24,402 bases of DNA from Campylobacterales bacterium (GCA_038205935.1 JBBRBK010000027.1:1-24402), one strand, 5' to 3'. Counted from the stretch's first letter, positions 11,342 through 20,926 are shown. A program made the numbers and translations. Notes: generated by a model not told the origin, from the sequence alone.

Positions 11342-12553
11342 TTATAATTTCTCTATAGGGATTACATGTACAAGCATTCCCTCTTCTAAATCTCCATCCT
11401 CTTCACCACTTATCATCAGCGCTGAATTATTTAAAAGATTTGTAAGTATTGCAGATGTACCTGATTTTTTACCTTTAAAATCCACTTTGTAAGTACCATC
11501 TTCAAGTAAAAGATTGCAAGCTGTAAACTCCGTCTTTCTCGATTTTTTATAAAATTTTTCACCGAGTTTTGCTTCAACAACTGGCAGATCAGCATCCATT
11601 CCCAAATATCTATAGATGAGTGGAACGGCGTATAAAAGTGCTGTTACCGTTGAAGAGTAAGCAAATCCAGGAAGTGCTAAGATAAACTTATTCTCACGTT
11701 GCGCAAGCATTATATGCTGTCCGGGTTTGATGTTGACACCTTTATAAATCACTTCAGCGCCAAGACGTGGAACGATATCTTTTACAAAATCATAATCCCC
11801 GACACTGACACCACCAGTAGAAATGACGATATCCGCACATCCAAGAGCATTTTCAAAACTTTCCATAATAGAGATTTTCTCATCTTTTACTACGCCGAGT
11901 TGCACGATATCTGCGCCAGCCATTTTTGCCATTGCTTCGATCGTATAGTTGTTCGAACTTCGGATTTGTGAAGAAGTGAGCGCAGTTTCTGCCAAATCCA
12001 AGATCTCACTTCCAGTTGAGAGCACTGCCACACGAGGCTTGACTACCACTTTAATCATCACTTTGTTTAGTCCTGCCATAACACCGATCTCAGAAAAAGA
12101 AAGCTTCGTACCTTTTGTTATAATGATATCGCCACTTTTATAGCTTTCGCCGATCGGGCGTACACTCGAGCCATTTTTTACAGCATTATCGATAATAATT
12201 TCATTACCATCAACTGTGACATTTTCTATTTGAATAAGAGTGTCTGCACCCTCGGGCATCATAGAACCTGTAAAAGTTTTGATACAACATCCTGTTGTTA
12301 CGGTTCTTGTTTCATCACTTCCGGCTGGATTATCACCAAGGATTTCAAGACGACCAAGGTCTTGATCTTCGCCTATAATCGCATAACCGTCCATCGCACT
12401 TGTAGGAAATGCGGGAGAGGATTCACTCGCTACAATATCTTCATATAAAACACGTCCAAGCGCATCTGACAAAAATACATTTTCATAACGCAGAGTGCCT
12501 ACATGTAAGAGGTGCAACATATTTTGCGATGCTTCATAAGAGATAAAACTCAT
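11342..12553 (-). CDS. moeA: Molybdopterin molybdotransferase
   Basis: SAMDGYA, TGSMMPEGAD, STGSE, TGGVSVGDYD, KPG and LPG motifs. Confidence 0.96.
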   Translation of the reverse strand: MSFISYEASQNMLHLLHVGTLRYENVFLSDALGRVLYEDIVASESSPAFPTSAMDGYAIIGEDQDLGRLEILGDNPAGSDETRTVTTGCCIKTFTGSMMPEGADTLIQIENVTVDGNEIIIDNAVKNGSSVRPIGESYKSGDIIITKGTKLSFSEIGVMAGLNKVMIKVVVKPRVAVLSTGSEILDLAETALTSSQIRSSNNYTIEAMAKMAGADIVQLGVVKDEKISIMESFENALGCADIVISTGGVSVGDYDFVKDIVPRLGAEVIYKGVNIKPGQHIMLAQRENKFILALPGFAYSSTVTALLYAVPLIYRYLGMDADLPVVEAKLGEKFYKKSRKTEFTACNLLLEDGTYKVDFKGKKSGTSAILTNLLNNSALMISGEEDGDLEEGMLVHVIPIEKL

Positions 12554-12996
12554 TTTACACCGCCCAAAAGTCCACTGCCTTTGATCTGCGTTGAACGCTC
12601 TTTTGCGTAGATTCTTTTACTATCAATAATGTCATATTTCCAAATAGGGGCACTCGCTTTAAAGTCTTCAACATACTCATCAATAAGCTCTAAGGCGACA
12701 CGTCTTTTTGGAGAAAAAACTGCTGCGATGTAAGAAGACTCATGAACCATCACATCACCGATAGAGTGCGCCATTACGACTTTTGCACCCTTATCGTTTG
12801 CTTTTTGCTCCCAAGCTTTAAACCAACTTTGTAAAATTGGCTCATAAATATCAAAACTAAGTCCCTCAATGCCATCTTCAGCTCTCACCGTTCCCACAAA
12901 AGGGATATAAGCACCATAATTATTTGGCGCTTCATCTTCATACCATCTTTTTAAAATCACAGGAACGTCAAGTGCACCGTTATAAAGTTCTAACAT
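12550..12996 (-). CDS. moaE: Molybdopterin synthase catalytic subunit
   Basis: GAYIPFVGTVR, HSIG and FKASAPIWKYD motifs; likely ATG at 12996, 2 nt after the moaD stop. Confidence 0.93.
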   Translation of the reverse strand: MLELYNGALDVPVILKRWYEDEAPNNYGAYIPFVGTVRAEDGIEGLSFDIYEPILQSWFKAWEQKANDKGAKVVMAHSIGDVMVHESSYIAAVFSPKRRVALELIDEYVEDFKASAPIWKYDIIDSKRIYAKERSTQIKGSGLLGGVK

Positions 12997-12998
12997 TT

Positions 12999-13220
12999 TC
13001 AACCACCGCAAACTGGAGGCAAAAGCGAAATTTTATCTCCATCTTTGAGCACCATATCAAGAGAGCAAACAAGAGTATCATTCACGGCAACCGCACTCGT
13101 TGCAATCCACTCTTTAAGCTCCTCGTCTTGATTTAAAAAATTTGCAACATCGCTAAGCGTATTTGCTTCTATATTAAGCGGTTCTTTTTGAATCGGACCT
13201 AAAAATTCAACTCGTACCAT
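12999..13220 (-). CDS. moaD: Molybdopterin synthase sulfur carrier (MoaD/ThiS family)
   Basis: 73 aa; AVAVND, LKDGDKISLLPPVCGG with a C-terminal di-glycine. Confidence 0.95.
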   Translation of the reverse strand: MVRVEFLGPIQKEPLNIEANTLSDVANFLNQDEELKEWIATSAVAVNDTLVCSLDMVLKDGDKISLLPPVCGG

Positions 13221-13247
13221 ACATAACCTTCTTTAGTTTTTAAGCAA

Positions 13248-13273
13248 ATTATATCGAAAAATGTTGATATAAT
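13248..13273. promoter_or_regulatory. Back-to-back -10 boxes for moaDE-moeA and mqnA
   Basis: TATAAT on minus (13253-13248) and TGATATAAT on plus (13265-13273). Confidence 0.65.
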
Positions 13274-13328
13274 TCGTTTACATGCGAAGTGCCCCAGAGG
13301 GGTTAATCGACCCGGAGGGATTTATAAG

Positions 13329-13970
13329 TTGGTTTTTGGAAAAATAGAATATCTCAATCTTTTACCTTTTCACGTTTTTATGAAACGCTTTAACAGATCT
13401 TCAAGAGAATCCATGACAATGGAATATAAGAAGAGTGTTCCTGCAAAAATAAACACTCTTTTTGAAAAACATTTAGTTGATGCGGCCTTTATTTCCAGCA
13501 TCAAAGCAAAAAAACAAAAATATGCAAAACTTGGCATCATCGCAAAAAAAGAGGTATTAAGCGTTATTGTTATTCCAAGTGATGAAAATAAAAAAGATAA
13601 AGAATCAGCAACTTCTAATGTCTTAGCAACTATTTTAGGAGTTCAAGGTGAAGTGCTTATAGGTGATAAAGCTTTGAAATATTATCTGAGTGGAAAACCT
13701 CACATTGATCTTGCAAAACTCTGGAATGAAAAGTATCATTTTCCTTTTGTTTTTGCTCTATTAGCGTATCATAAGCATACTTCTCAAATCAAAAAGATTG
13801 AAAAAAACTTCTCAAAAACAAAAATTAAAATACCAAGATATATACTTAAAAATGCTTCTTTAAGAACTGGAATTAAAGAAAATGAGATTCTTCATTATCT
13901 TGAGAAAATCTCTTATACTCTCGATCAAAAAGCGGCCAAAGGGCTCAAAAAGTTTTATCAACTCATCTAA
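13329..13970 (+). CDS. mqnA: MqnA-family chorismate dehydratase (futalosine menaquinone pathway)
   Basis: GKIEYLNLLPF, DAAFISSI, ESATSN, LIGDKAL, DLAKLW and PFVFA motifs; TTG start with a GGAGG SD. Confidence 0.85.
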   Translation: MVFGKIEYLNLLPFHVFMKRFNRSSRESMTMEYKKSVPAKINTLFEKHLVDAAFISSIKAKKQKYAKLGIIAKKEVLSVIVIPSDENKKDKESATSNVLATILGVQGEVLIGDKALKYYLSGKPHIDLAKLWNEKYHFPFVFALLAYHKHTSQIKKIEKNFSKTKIKIPRYILKNASLRTGIKENEILHYLEKISYTLDQKAAKGLKKFYQLI

Positions 13971-13976
13971 AAAGTG

Positions 13977-13985
13977 TGATATAAT
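13977..13985 (+). promoter_or_regulatory. Extended -10 box upstream of the EAL remnant
   Basis: TGATATAAT, identical to the box upstream of mqnA. Confidence 0.55.
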
Positions 13986-13994
13986 CTTCTGACT

Positions 13995-14203
13995 GTGAGA
14001 TACTTTTTTTTCACGATATTTTCGGCCTTAAAAAAGCGATCTCTAGTTTTTCAGATGCTATTGGGACCAAAACTGTTGTTGAGTTTGTTGAAAATAGAGA
14101 GATATATAAAACAATAGAAGAGCTTGGTATTACCTACGCACAAGGATATTTCATAGGAAAACCTTCTCCGGTTCTCCTCGAAGATGACTACGTTAAGATT
14201 TAA
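13995..14203 (+). pseudogene. Remnant of an EAL-domain (c-di-GMP phosphodiesterase) gene
   Basis: Manual translation of 14033-14203 gives KAISSFSDAIGTKTVVEFVENREIYKTIEELGITYAQGYFIGKPSPVLLEDDYVKI*, matching the EAL C-terminal V-x-E-x-VE and QGY-x-x-x-KP motifs. There is no in-frame ATG, GTG or TTG, and an in-frame stop lies at 13982. Confidence 0.8.
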
Positions 14204-15461
14204 TTTTTAATGCAAGAGATTTTTTATAAGCAGAAATATCAAAATTTTCCATAGTAGAAGATCCACTTTCTATAGCTGCCTTGGCAACTGCAGCACTTAC
14301 TTCAACGATCAGTCTTTTATCAAATGGCTTTGGAATAATATATTCTCTTCCAAATGAAAGCTTCGTATCATAAATCTCACACAGATATTCTGGAACTTCT
14401 TTACATGTAAGCTCTGCTAGCGCGTAAGAAGCCGCCATTTTCATCTCCATATTGATCTTTTTAGCTCTAACATCCATGGCACCTCTAAAGATAAAGGGAA
14501 AGCCCAAAACATTGTTGACCTGATTTGCTATATCGCTTCTACCTGTTGCAATGATCGCATCTGGTCTAACGGCTATAACATCCTGTGGAAATATTTCTGG
14601 AGTTGGATTTGCAAGAGTAAATACAATAGGATCTTGAGCCATTAATTTAACATGCTCAACAGTAAAGCTTCCCGGTTTTGAGAGTCCCACAACAACATCC
14701 GTATTTGTAAAAACCTCTTCTTGAGTCATTGGATTTAAAGCTATAAACTCTTTTTTATATTCATTGATATCATTTCTAGAACTATCAACAACGCCCTTAG
14801 AATCAATTAAAAAAATATTTTTCACACCCAAATGTCTATAAAGTCTTGCGCAACTAATCGCTGCAGCACCAGCACCTACAACAACGATTTTCAATTCTTC
14901 TATTTTTCTATTTGTTATCTTACACGCATTGATAATACCAGCAGCACTTATGACTGCTGTTCCATGCTGATCATCATGCATAACTGGGATATCTAATTTC
15001 TCAACTAAGATACGTTCTATCTCAAAACATTCAGGTGCTTTGATATCTTCTAAGTTAATACCACCAAATGTTGGCGCTATTGCAATAACAACATCACAAA
15101 ATTTTTGGATATCTTTTTCATCCACCTCTATATCAAAAGAGTCTAGTCCACTAAACTTTTTAAAAAGTATCCCTTTGCCTTCCATAACTGGTTTTGATGC
15201 AAGTGCACCGATATCACCAAGGCCTAAAACAGCGGTTCCATTGGAGATAACTGCAACAAGGTTTGATTTGGCTGTATATTTATATGCATTGTCCGCATCT
15301 TTTTGAATTTCCAAACAAGGAACTGCAACTCCTGGAGTATAAGCAAGACCTAAATCTCTTTGAGTATTCATCGGTTTAGTTGACTCTACAGATATTTTTC
15401 CAGGAGATGGGAACTGATGGTAATCAAGTGCTTCTTGATCTGTTATTTTAATAATTGGCAT
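14193..15461 (-). CDS. NAD(P)-dependent malic enzyme (short form, no PTA domain)
   Basis: LAYTPGVA, SNGTAVLGLG, VMEGKG, INLEDIKAPECF, HDDQHGTA, GAGAA and ANPTPE motifs. Confidence 0.95.
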   Translation of the reverse strand: MPIIKITDQEALDYHQFPSPGKISVESTKPMNTQRDLGLAYTPGVAVPCLEIQKDADNAYKYTAKSNLVAVISNGTAVLGLGDIGALASKPVMEGKGILFKKFSGLDSFDIEVDEKDIQKFCDVVIAIAPTFGGINLEDIKAPECFEIERILVEKLDIPVMHDDQHGTAVISAAGIINACKITNRKIEELKIVVVGAGAAAISCARLYRHLGVKNIFLIDSKGVVDSSRNDINEYKKEFIALNPMTQEEVFTNTDVVVGLSKPGSFTVEHVKLMAQDPIVFTLANPTPEIFPQDVIAVRPDAIIATGRSDIANQVNNVLGFPFIFRGAMDVRAKKINMEMKMAASYALAELTCKEVPEYLCEIYDTKLSFGREYIIPKPFDKRLIVEVSAAVAKAAIESGSSTMENFDISAYKKSLALKIKS

Positions 15462-15500
15462 AAAAATTCCTAAATTGATTTTTTGATTTGAAGTCTAGAA

Positions 15501-16148
15501 TTAGTTTAAATGAAGAATACAGCTATTTCCTTCTTGTGAAAAACTATATTTGTATTGCCCATCAAGCTCAAGAACAACCCTGTAAAATCCATTATGATTT
15601 CCAATATGTATAGACTTAATTATATTATTTAAAATCAATTTAGAAAAAGAACGAAAACTGTATTCTCCCTTAAAATCTATAACAATTCTATAAGGATTTA
15701 CAATCAAAAAATTACGAATATACTTATCTTTTGTATTCAATTTGATTGTTTTACCTTTTGAGTCAAAAGATATGAACTTAAAATCTGCTAATTCTCTGTA
15801 TTGAGTCTCTTGTTTGATCTGTCTAGATACTGCGGGAACATTATTCATAACAGTATTATTAACATTTGCCTGAGATATTACAATTGGAATATGCCAGTCA
15901 ATACTATTATCAAGTGTGATAGATTTACGCTCAGTGGAACCATCTAAGTTAATATATTCCACTGTGACCTCTTTGATAATTCTGGCACTCGATGGGAGTG
16001 ACAATGTAGCTTGTCTGAGTGGTTCATGTACTTCTGGAGTATTTGTTGTAATAGATAAGGATTGATCATCTTTTGGCGGGAAAAAAGGGTTTACTCTTGC
16101 ATCCATTATAGTGATTGAGAGAATAAATATAACTATATATTTAAGCAA
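15501..16148 (-). CDS. AMIN-domain periplasmic protein
   Basis: Signal peptide followed by RVNPF; NPYRIVIDF and GNHNGFYRVVLELDG motifs; downstream of eno as in Campylobacterota. Confidence 0.85.
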   Translation of the reverse strand: MLKYIVIFILSITIMDARVNPFFPPKDDQSLSITTNTPEVHEPLRQATLSLPSSARIIKEVTVEYINLDGSTERKSITLDNSIDWHIPIVISQANVNNTVMNNVPAVSRQIKQETQYRELADFKFISFDSKGKTIKLNTKDKYIRNFLIVNPYRIVIDFKGEYSFRSFSKLILNNIIKSIHIGNHNGFYRVVLELDGQYKYSFSQEGNSCILHLN

Positions 16149-16179
16149 TGTTCTACCTTTTTTTCTATTATACGCCAGT

Positions 16180-16458
16180 CTATTGAGCGGTGATCTCTTT
16201 TAATTCAAAATACTCTTTTTGTTTATTGGCATTTTGCTGTTTTAACGTCACAATTTGTGCTTTTAGATAATCATTGTAATCTTCAAGTTTCATATATACC
16301 TGCAATGAGTTAGTCCCATAAAGCAAACTTCCAATATAAATACCTGAGAACAAAACGATACAAAATGCAATGATAAATTTACCTACGGACAAACCAAAGT
16401 ATTTTTCCGTAATTGACTGCGACCTGTCTATCTCATCATAGAGTTCATCTTGATTCAC
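16180..16458 (-). CDS. FtsB/DivIC-like septum formation protein
   Basis: One TM segment followed by a coiled coil (LKQQNANKQKEYFELK); downstream of eno like ftsB; GTG start. Confidence 0.7.
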   Translation of the reverse strand: MNQDELYDEIDRSQSITEKYFGLSVGKFIIAFCIVLFSGIYIGSLLYGTNSLQVYMKLEDYNDYLKAQIVTLKQQNANKQKEYFELKEITAQ

Positions 16459-16477
16459 AATTGTACCTTATATGCAG

Positions 16478-16507
16478 AAGCTTGATAGAAATATTTCTAT
16501 CAAGCTT
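16478..16507. repeat. Perfect 30-bp palindrome at the eno stop
   Basis: AAGCTTGATAGAAAT|ATTTCTATCAAGCTT is its own reverse complement. Confidence 0.9.
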
Positions 16508-17774
16508 ATTTAAAAAGTTGTGAACCTAGATATTCACCATATGCCACTTCGATTTCTATTTCTAAAAGACGATTGTATTTAGCCGTTCTCTCTCCACGTG
16601 CAGTAGAACCTGTTTTTATCTCTCCACAGTTGAGTGCAACTGCAAAATCAGCGATAAATGCATCTTCACTTTCACCTGAACGGTGACTCATAACACATTT
16701 ATAACCATTTCTTTGAGCAAGGCGTACTGTTTGCATTGTTTCACTTATTGAACCAATTTGATTTGGTTTGATCAAAATAGAGTTTGCAATCCCTTTTTTA
16801 ATCCCTTCGCTCAAGATACTTGCATTGGTTACAAATAGATCATCACCAACAATCTGGATCTTGTCTCCAAGTTTTTCAGTCATCAGTTTAAATCCATCCC
16901 AATCATCTTCACTGAGTCCGTCTTCGATAGAAACAATAGGATATTTTGAGCACAGATCAACATAGTAATCTACGAGTTGCGCAGATGTCACAGTACGGTT
17001 CTCAGAATCAAGACGATATCCACCATCAGTGACAAGTTCAGAAGCAGCAACATCAAGAGCGATAGCAATATCTTTTCCAGCAACATAGCCAGCTTTTGCG
17101 ATTGCTTCCATGATAATCTGTATAGGCTCTTCATTAGAAGAAAGATCTGGTGCAAAACCACCCTCATCACCAAGTGCAGTATTGTGATTTTTAGCTTTTA
17201 AAATAGCTTTTAGGTTGTGATAAACTTCCGAAGAGGCTTGAAGTGCATCAGAAAAATTTTCAAAACCAATTGGCATAATCATATACTCTTGAAAATCTAC
17301 AGAATTATCAGCATGGCTTCCACCATTAATAATATTTAACATTGGTGCAGGGATAACCATAGCATTGGCTCCACCTAGGTAACGGTAAAGTGGCATTTTC
17401 AAACTTGCTGCTGCTGCGCGAGCAACTGCCATAGAAACACCAAGAACAGCATTTGCACCCATGTTTGCATAGTTTTCAGTTCCATCAATCTCTTTCATTG
17501 TAGCGTCAATCATTGCCTGATTGAATGGGCTCATACCAATCAAGGCATCAGCGAGGTGAGAATTTACATTTTCAACTGCTTTTAACACACCTTTACCCAT
17601 GTAGCGAGATCCGCCATCACGAAGTTCAAGTGCTTCACGTTTTCCCGTACTTGCGCCTGATGGTACAATCGCGGTGCCTATGGTTCCATCACTTAACTCT
17701 ACTGTTGCTTTTACTGTTGGATTACCACGAGAATCCATTACTTCAATCGCATTTACATTATCTATAAAAATCAT
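16506..17774 (-). CDS. eno: Enolase
   Basis: [33 protein letters not shown] and SHRSGESED motifs. Confidence 0.99.
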   Translation of the reverse strand: MIFIDNVNAIEVMDSRGNPTVKATVELSDGTIGTAIVPSGASTGKREALELRDGGSRYMGKGVLKAVENVNSHLADALIGMSPFNQAMIDATMKEIDGTENYANMGANAVLGVSMAVARAAAASLKMPLYRYLGGANAMVIPAPMLNIINGGSHADNSVDFQEYMIMPIGFENFSDALQASSEVYHNLKAILKAKNHNTALGDEGGFAPDLSSNEEPIQIIMEAIAKAGYVAGKDIAIALDVAASELVTDGGYRLDSENRTVTSAQLVDYYVDLCSKYPIVSIEDGLSEDDWDGFKLMTEKLGDKIQIVGDDLFVTNASILSEGIKKGIANSILIKPNQIGSISETMQTVRLAQRNGYKCVMSHRSGESEDAFIADFAVALNCGEIKTGSTARGERTAKYNRLLEIEIEVAYGEYLGSQLFK

Positions 17775-18817
17775 ATGTCTAAATCTCCTTCTTCTTCTAT
17801 ATCTGATACGTCCATGGTCATAAGTGTGCTCATTCCCATCGCATTTTTAATTTTTTCTTCTATTTCGCGAGCCAATTCCGGTTCTTCTTTAAACTTTTGC
17901 TTCACGTTTTCACGCCCTTGACCAAGTTTTTTGTCTTCATATGAGAACCAAGCGCCACTTTTATCGATGATGTCTAGTTTAACACCATAATCGACTAATT
18001 CACCCTCTTTTGAGATTCCCTCACCAAACATAATATCAAATTCTGCCTGACGAAATGGTGGTGCGACTTTATTTTTTATAACTTTTGCTTTTACACGGTT
18101 ACCAATTTGGCTTTCACCCTGTTTTAGTGAAGCAATACGTCTTACGTCAATACGCACTGATGCATAAAATTTAAGTGCATTTCCACCCGTTGTCGTTTCA
18201 GGAGAACCATATCCCATCATCCCGATCTTCATACGAATCTGATTAATAAAGATAACCGTACAATTCATTTTATGTAAAATACCCGTAAGTTTACGAAGTG
18301 CTTTTGACATCAAACGTGCCTGAACTCCAACATTTTGATCAGACATTTCCCCTTCTATTTCAGATTTTGGTGTAAGTGCTGCAACTGAATCGATAACGAT
18401 AAGGTCAATCGCTCCACTACGTGCAATAGTCTCGACGATATCAAGAGCTTGCTCGCCATAATCTGGTTGAGATACTAGAAGATTGTCTATATCAACTCCA
18501 AGATTTTTCGCATAAATAACATCAAGAGCGTGTTCTGCATCTATAAAAGCACACACGCCACCATATTTTTGACATTCTGCTGTTATCTGAAGGGCTAAAG
18601 TAGTTTTTCCTGAACTTTCAGGTCCATAGATCTCAACAACACGACCTTGTGGTACTCCGCCTATTCCTAGAGCTAAGTCTAGTCCTAAAGAACCTGTACT
18701 GATTGCTTTGATTGGTTCAAACTCTTTGTCACCAAGGCGCATCAAAGTGCCTTTTCCAAAGGTTTTGTCTATCTGTTTTAACGCTAAGTCTAATGATTTT
18801 TGTTTATTTGCATCCAT
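17771..18817 (-). CDS. recA: Recombinase A
   Basis: GPESSGKTT Walker [10 protein letters not shown] and GGNALKFY motifs; start ATG 18817 (alternative GTG 18829); ATGA overlap with eno. Confidence 0.99.
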   Translation of the reverse strand: MDANKQKSLDLALKQIDKTFGKGTLMRLGDKEFEPIKAISTGSLGLDLALGIGGVPQGRVVEIYGPESSGKTTLALQITAECQKYGGVCAFIDAEHALDVIYAKNLGVDIDNLLVSQPDYGEQALDIVETIARSGAIDLIVIDSVAALTPKSEIEGEMSDQNVGVQARLMSKALRKLTGILHKMNCTVIFINQIRMKIGMMGYGSPETTTGGNALKFYASVRIDVRRIASLKQGESQIGNRVKAKVIKNKVAPPFRQAEFDIMFGEGISKEGELVDYGVKLDIIDKSGAWFSYEDKKLGQGRENVKQKFKEEPELAREIEEKIKNAMGMSTLMTMDVSDIEEEGDLDI

Positions 18818-18996
18818 TGTTCCACTCACTTATTTGGGCTTACCCAGAAATTTATTAGACTAATCATATTTCATAATGAAATATATTTTAAAAAGTATTG
18901 CATTTTGTCATATATTATTTCATCTGCAATGTTTACACATAAAATTGTGTGTAATTTTAGCGTTATTTGGTTAAAATTAAATTGATTTATTAACTA

Positions 18997-19872
18997 ATGG
19001 ATATAACTTTGAAAAAAATGCTTATTGCACACTCTCCCGACGCTGATGATATCTTTATGTACTATGCGATTAAGTTCGGTTGGGTAAATATGGATAGTGT
19101 AACATTTGACAATATTGCCCTTGATATAGAAACCCTAAATGTTGCTGCTATGAGCGGCGTTTATGACATCGCTGCTATCAGTTTTGCTCTTTATCCGCAT
19201 ATTTGCAAAGAGTATGCTCCACTTCGTACGGCTGTAAGTTTTGGCGAGGGTTATGGACCTAAGCTTGTCAAAAAGAAAGAGATAAAATTAAAGAAAAACT
19301 TCAAAGTAGCGCTCAGTGGAAAATACACCACCAATGCAATGCTTTTTCGCATCGCGTATCCTGATGCTCGCGTCACTTATATGAATTTTTTAGAGATAGA
19401 GGAGGCTGTTATCAGCGGTAAAGTTGATGCTGGAGTTTTGATACATGAGAGTATCCTTACCTATTCAGATGAGCTTGAAACAGAGCGTGAAATCTGGGAT
19501 ATCTGGCAAGAACTCGCGGGTAAAGATCTTCCTCTTCCTCTTGGAGGGATGGCAATACGTCGCTCAATTCCGCTCAACAAAGCCATTGACTATGAAAGAA
19601 CATTAACAAAAGCTGTAGATGTTGCCCGTTTGCATAAAGATAGACTCTCAAAAATGCTCATTGAGCGCGATCTTGTTCGCGTTGATGCATCTACATTAGA
19701 CAAATATTTGGAACTTTATGCCAACGATGATTCTATTAGTATGAATGAACTTCAGTTAAAAGCTGTAAACAAGCTGTATGAAATCGGTTATAAGCACGGA
19801 TTTTATGATGCTCCACTTAAAATAGAAGATTATCTTATCCCCACGCAATATGAAGCTTTGAGAAATTCATAA
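18997..19872 (+). CDS. mqnD: MqnD-family 1,4-dihydroxy-6-naphthoate synthase
   Basis: AHSPDADDIFMYYA, DIETLN, GEGYGP, GVLIHE and LPLPLGG motifs. Confidence 0.88.
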   Translation: MDITLKKMLIAHSPDADDIFMYYAIKFGWVNMDSVTFDNIALDIETLNVAAMSGVYDIAAISFALYPHICKEYAPLRTAVSFGEGYGPKLVKKKEIKLKKNFKVALSGKYTTNAMLFRIAYPDARVTYMNFLEIEEAVISGKVDAGVLIHESILTYSDELETEREIWDIWQELAGKDLPLPLGGMAIRRSIPLNKAIDYERTLTKAVDVARLHKDRLSKMLIERDLVRVDASTLDKYLELYANDDSISMNELQLKAVNKLYEIGYKHGFYDAPLKIEDYLIPTQYEALRNS

Positions 19873-20138
19873 TGGATGCACAACTCATTGCTTTAGGGAT
19901 TCAAACTTTCAAAATCGCCCTTTTGTTGTCTCTTCCAAGTCTTTTAGTTGGGCTATTAATCGGTTTGGCAGTGAGTATCTTTCAAGCAACAACGCAGATC
20001 AATGAGATGACTCTCTCATTTATCCCTAAAATCATTGGAGTTGTTGTTATTATTATTTTGACGATGCCTTGGATGATGAATGAAATGGTGGATTTTTCCA
20101 CAGAAGTTTTCAATATGATTCCTACCTTTGTACAATAA
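19872..20138 (+). CDS. fliQ: Flagellar export apparatus protein FliQ
   Basis: SIFQATTQINEMTLSFIPK motif; 88 aa, hydrophobic. Confidence 0.97.
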   Translation: MDAQLIALGIQTFKIALLLSLPSLLVGLLIGLAVSIFQATTQINEMTLSFIPKIIGVVVIIILTMPWMMNEMVDFSTEVFNMIPTFVQ

Positions 20139-20140
20139 TC

Positions 20141-20926
20141 ATGAAAAAAAATATTAATTTTAAGCAATTTAGCTCAATCAAAATCGGTCAAGAGGCTGAT
20201 GTTTTTATGATCGAAGATTTTCAATATCCTAATGATCACTATCTTCTTGGCGCTTCAAACAACGTTCTCATTGGCACAAATCCGCCACCGCTTATGATGC
20301 TGAGTAAAAAATATGACTACATAAAAATAGAAGATGGTTTTTTAGCTATCGGTGCAGCAACTCCAAGTGGAAAAATTGTGTCGTTTTGTAAAAAAAATGA
20401 TATTGCCAACTTTGAATTTGTATCACGTCTGCCTGGAACTTTGGGTGGAATGCTTAAAATGAATGCAGGACTCAAAGAGTTTGAGATCTTCAATAACCTT
20501 GTTTGTATTCTTACATGTAAAGGTGAGATAGCAAAAGAAAATATCGATCATGGTTATAGATTTACAGCTATTGAAGATGTGATCTTTGAAGCAAAGTTCA
20601 AAATAGAAAATGGATTTAGCGAAGAAAAAATGGACTTTTTCAAAAATATGCGCTCTAACCAACCCAAAGAATCAAGTGCAGGAAGCTGTTTTAAAAATCC
20701 CCTTGGAGATTACGCAGGCAGGCTTATAGAAGCTGTCGGACTTAAGGGAAAACGCATCGGTGATATGGAGTTTAGCTCTGTTCATGCGAACTTTCTCGTC
20801 AATCACGGAAATGGAAGATTTGAAGATGCGATGGAGCTTATCCAACTTGTAGAGAAAAAAGTCAAAGAAGAGTTTGACATTGAGTTGCAACGAGAGATCA
20901 TCATCGTTGATAAGGCTTACATGTAA
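20141..20926 (+). CDS. murB: UDP-N-acetylmuramate dehydrogenase
   Basis: GASNNVL, LPGTLGGMLKMNAG, GYR, SAGSCFKNP and HANFLVN motifs. Confidence 0.96.
   Translation: MKKNINFKQFSSIKIGQEADVFMIEDFQYPNDHYLLGASNNVLIGTNPPPLMMLSKKYDYIKIEDGFLAIGAATPSGKIVSFCKKNDIANFEFVSRLPGTLGGMLKMNAGLKEFEIFNNLVCILTCKGEIAKENIDHGYRFTAIEDVIFEAKFKIENGFSEEKMDFFKNMRSNQPKESSAGSCFKNPLGDYAGRLIEAVGLKGKRIGDMEFSSVHANFLVNHGNGRFEDAMELIQLVEKKVKEEFDIELQREIIIVDKAYM

Noticed and set aside
13221..13328. Moco riboswitch upstream of moaD-moaE-moeA
   Set aside because: The moaD -10 box implies a leader of only about 20 nt. The GC-rich element lies upstream of that promoter and is too short for the Moco RNA motif.
15501..18817. recA-eno-ftsB-like-AMIN operon with a recA/eno overlap
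   Set aside because: Well-known arrangement in Campylobacter and Helicobacter.
18997..20926. Flagellar gene fliQ inside a menaquinone/peptidoglycan operon (likewise fliJ next to purA)
   Set aside because: Scattered flagellar genes and this order are known in Campylobacterota, so it is not novel.
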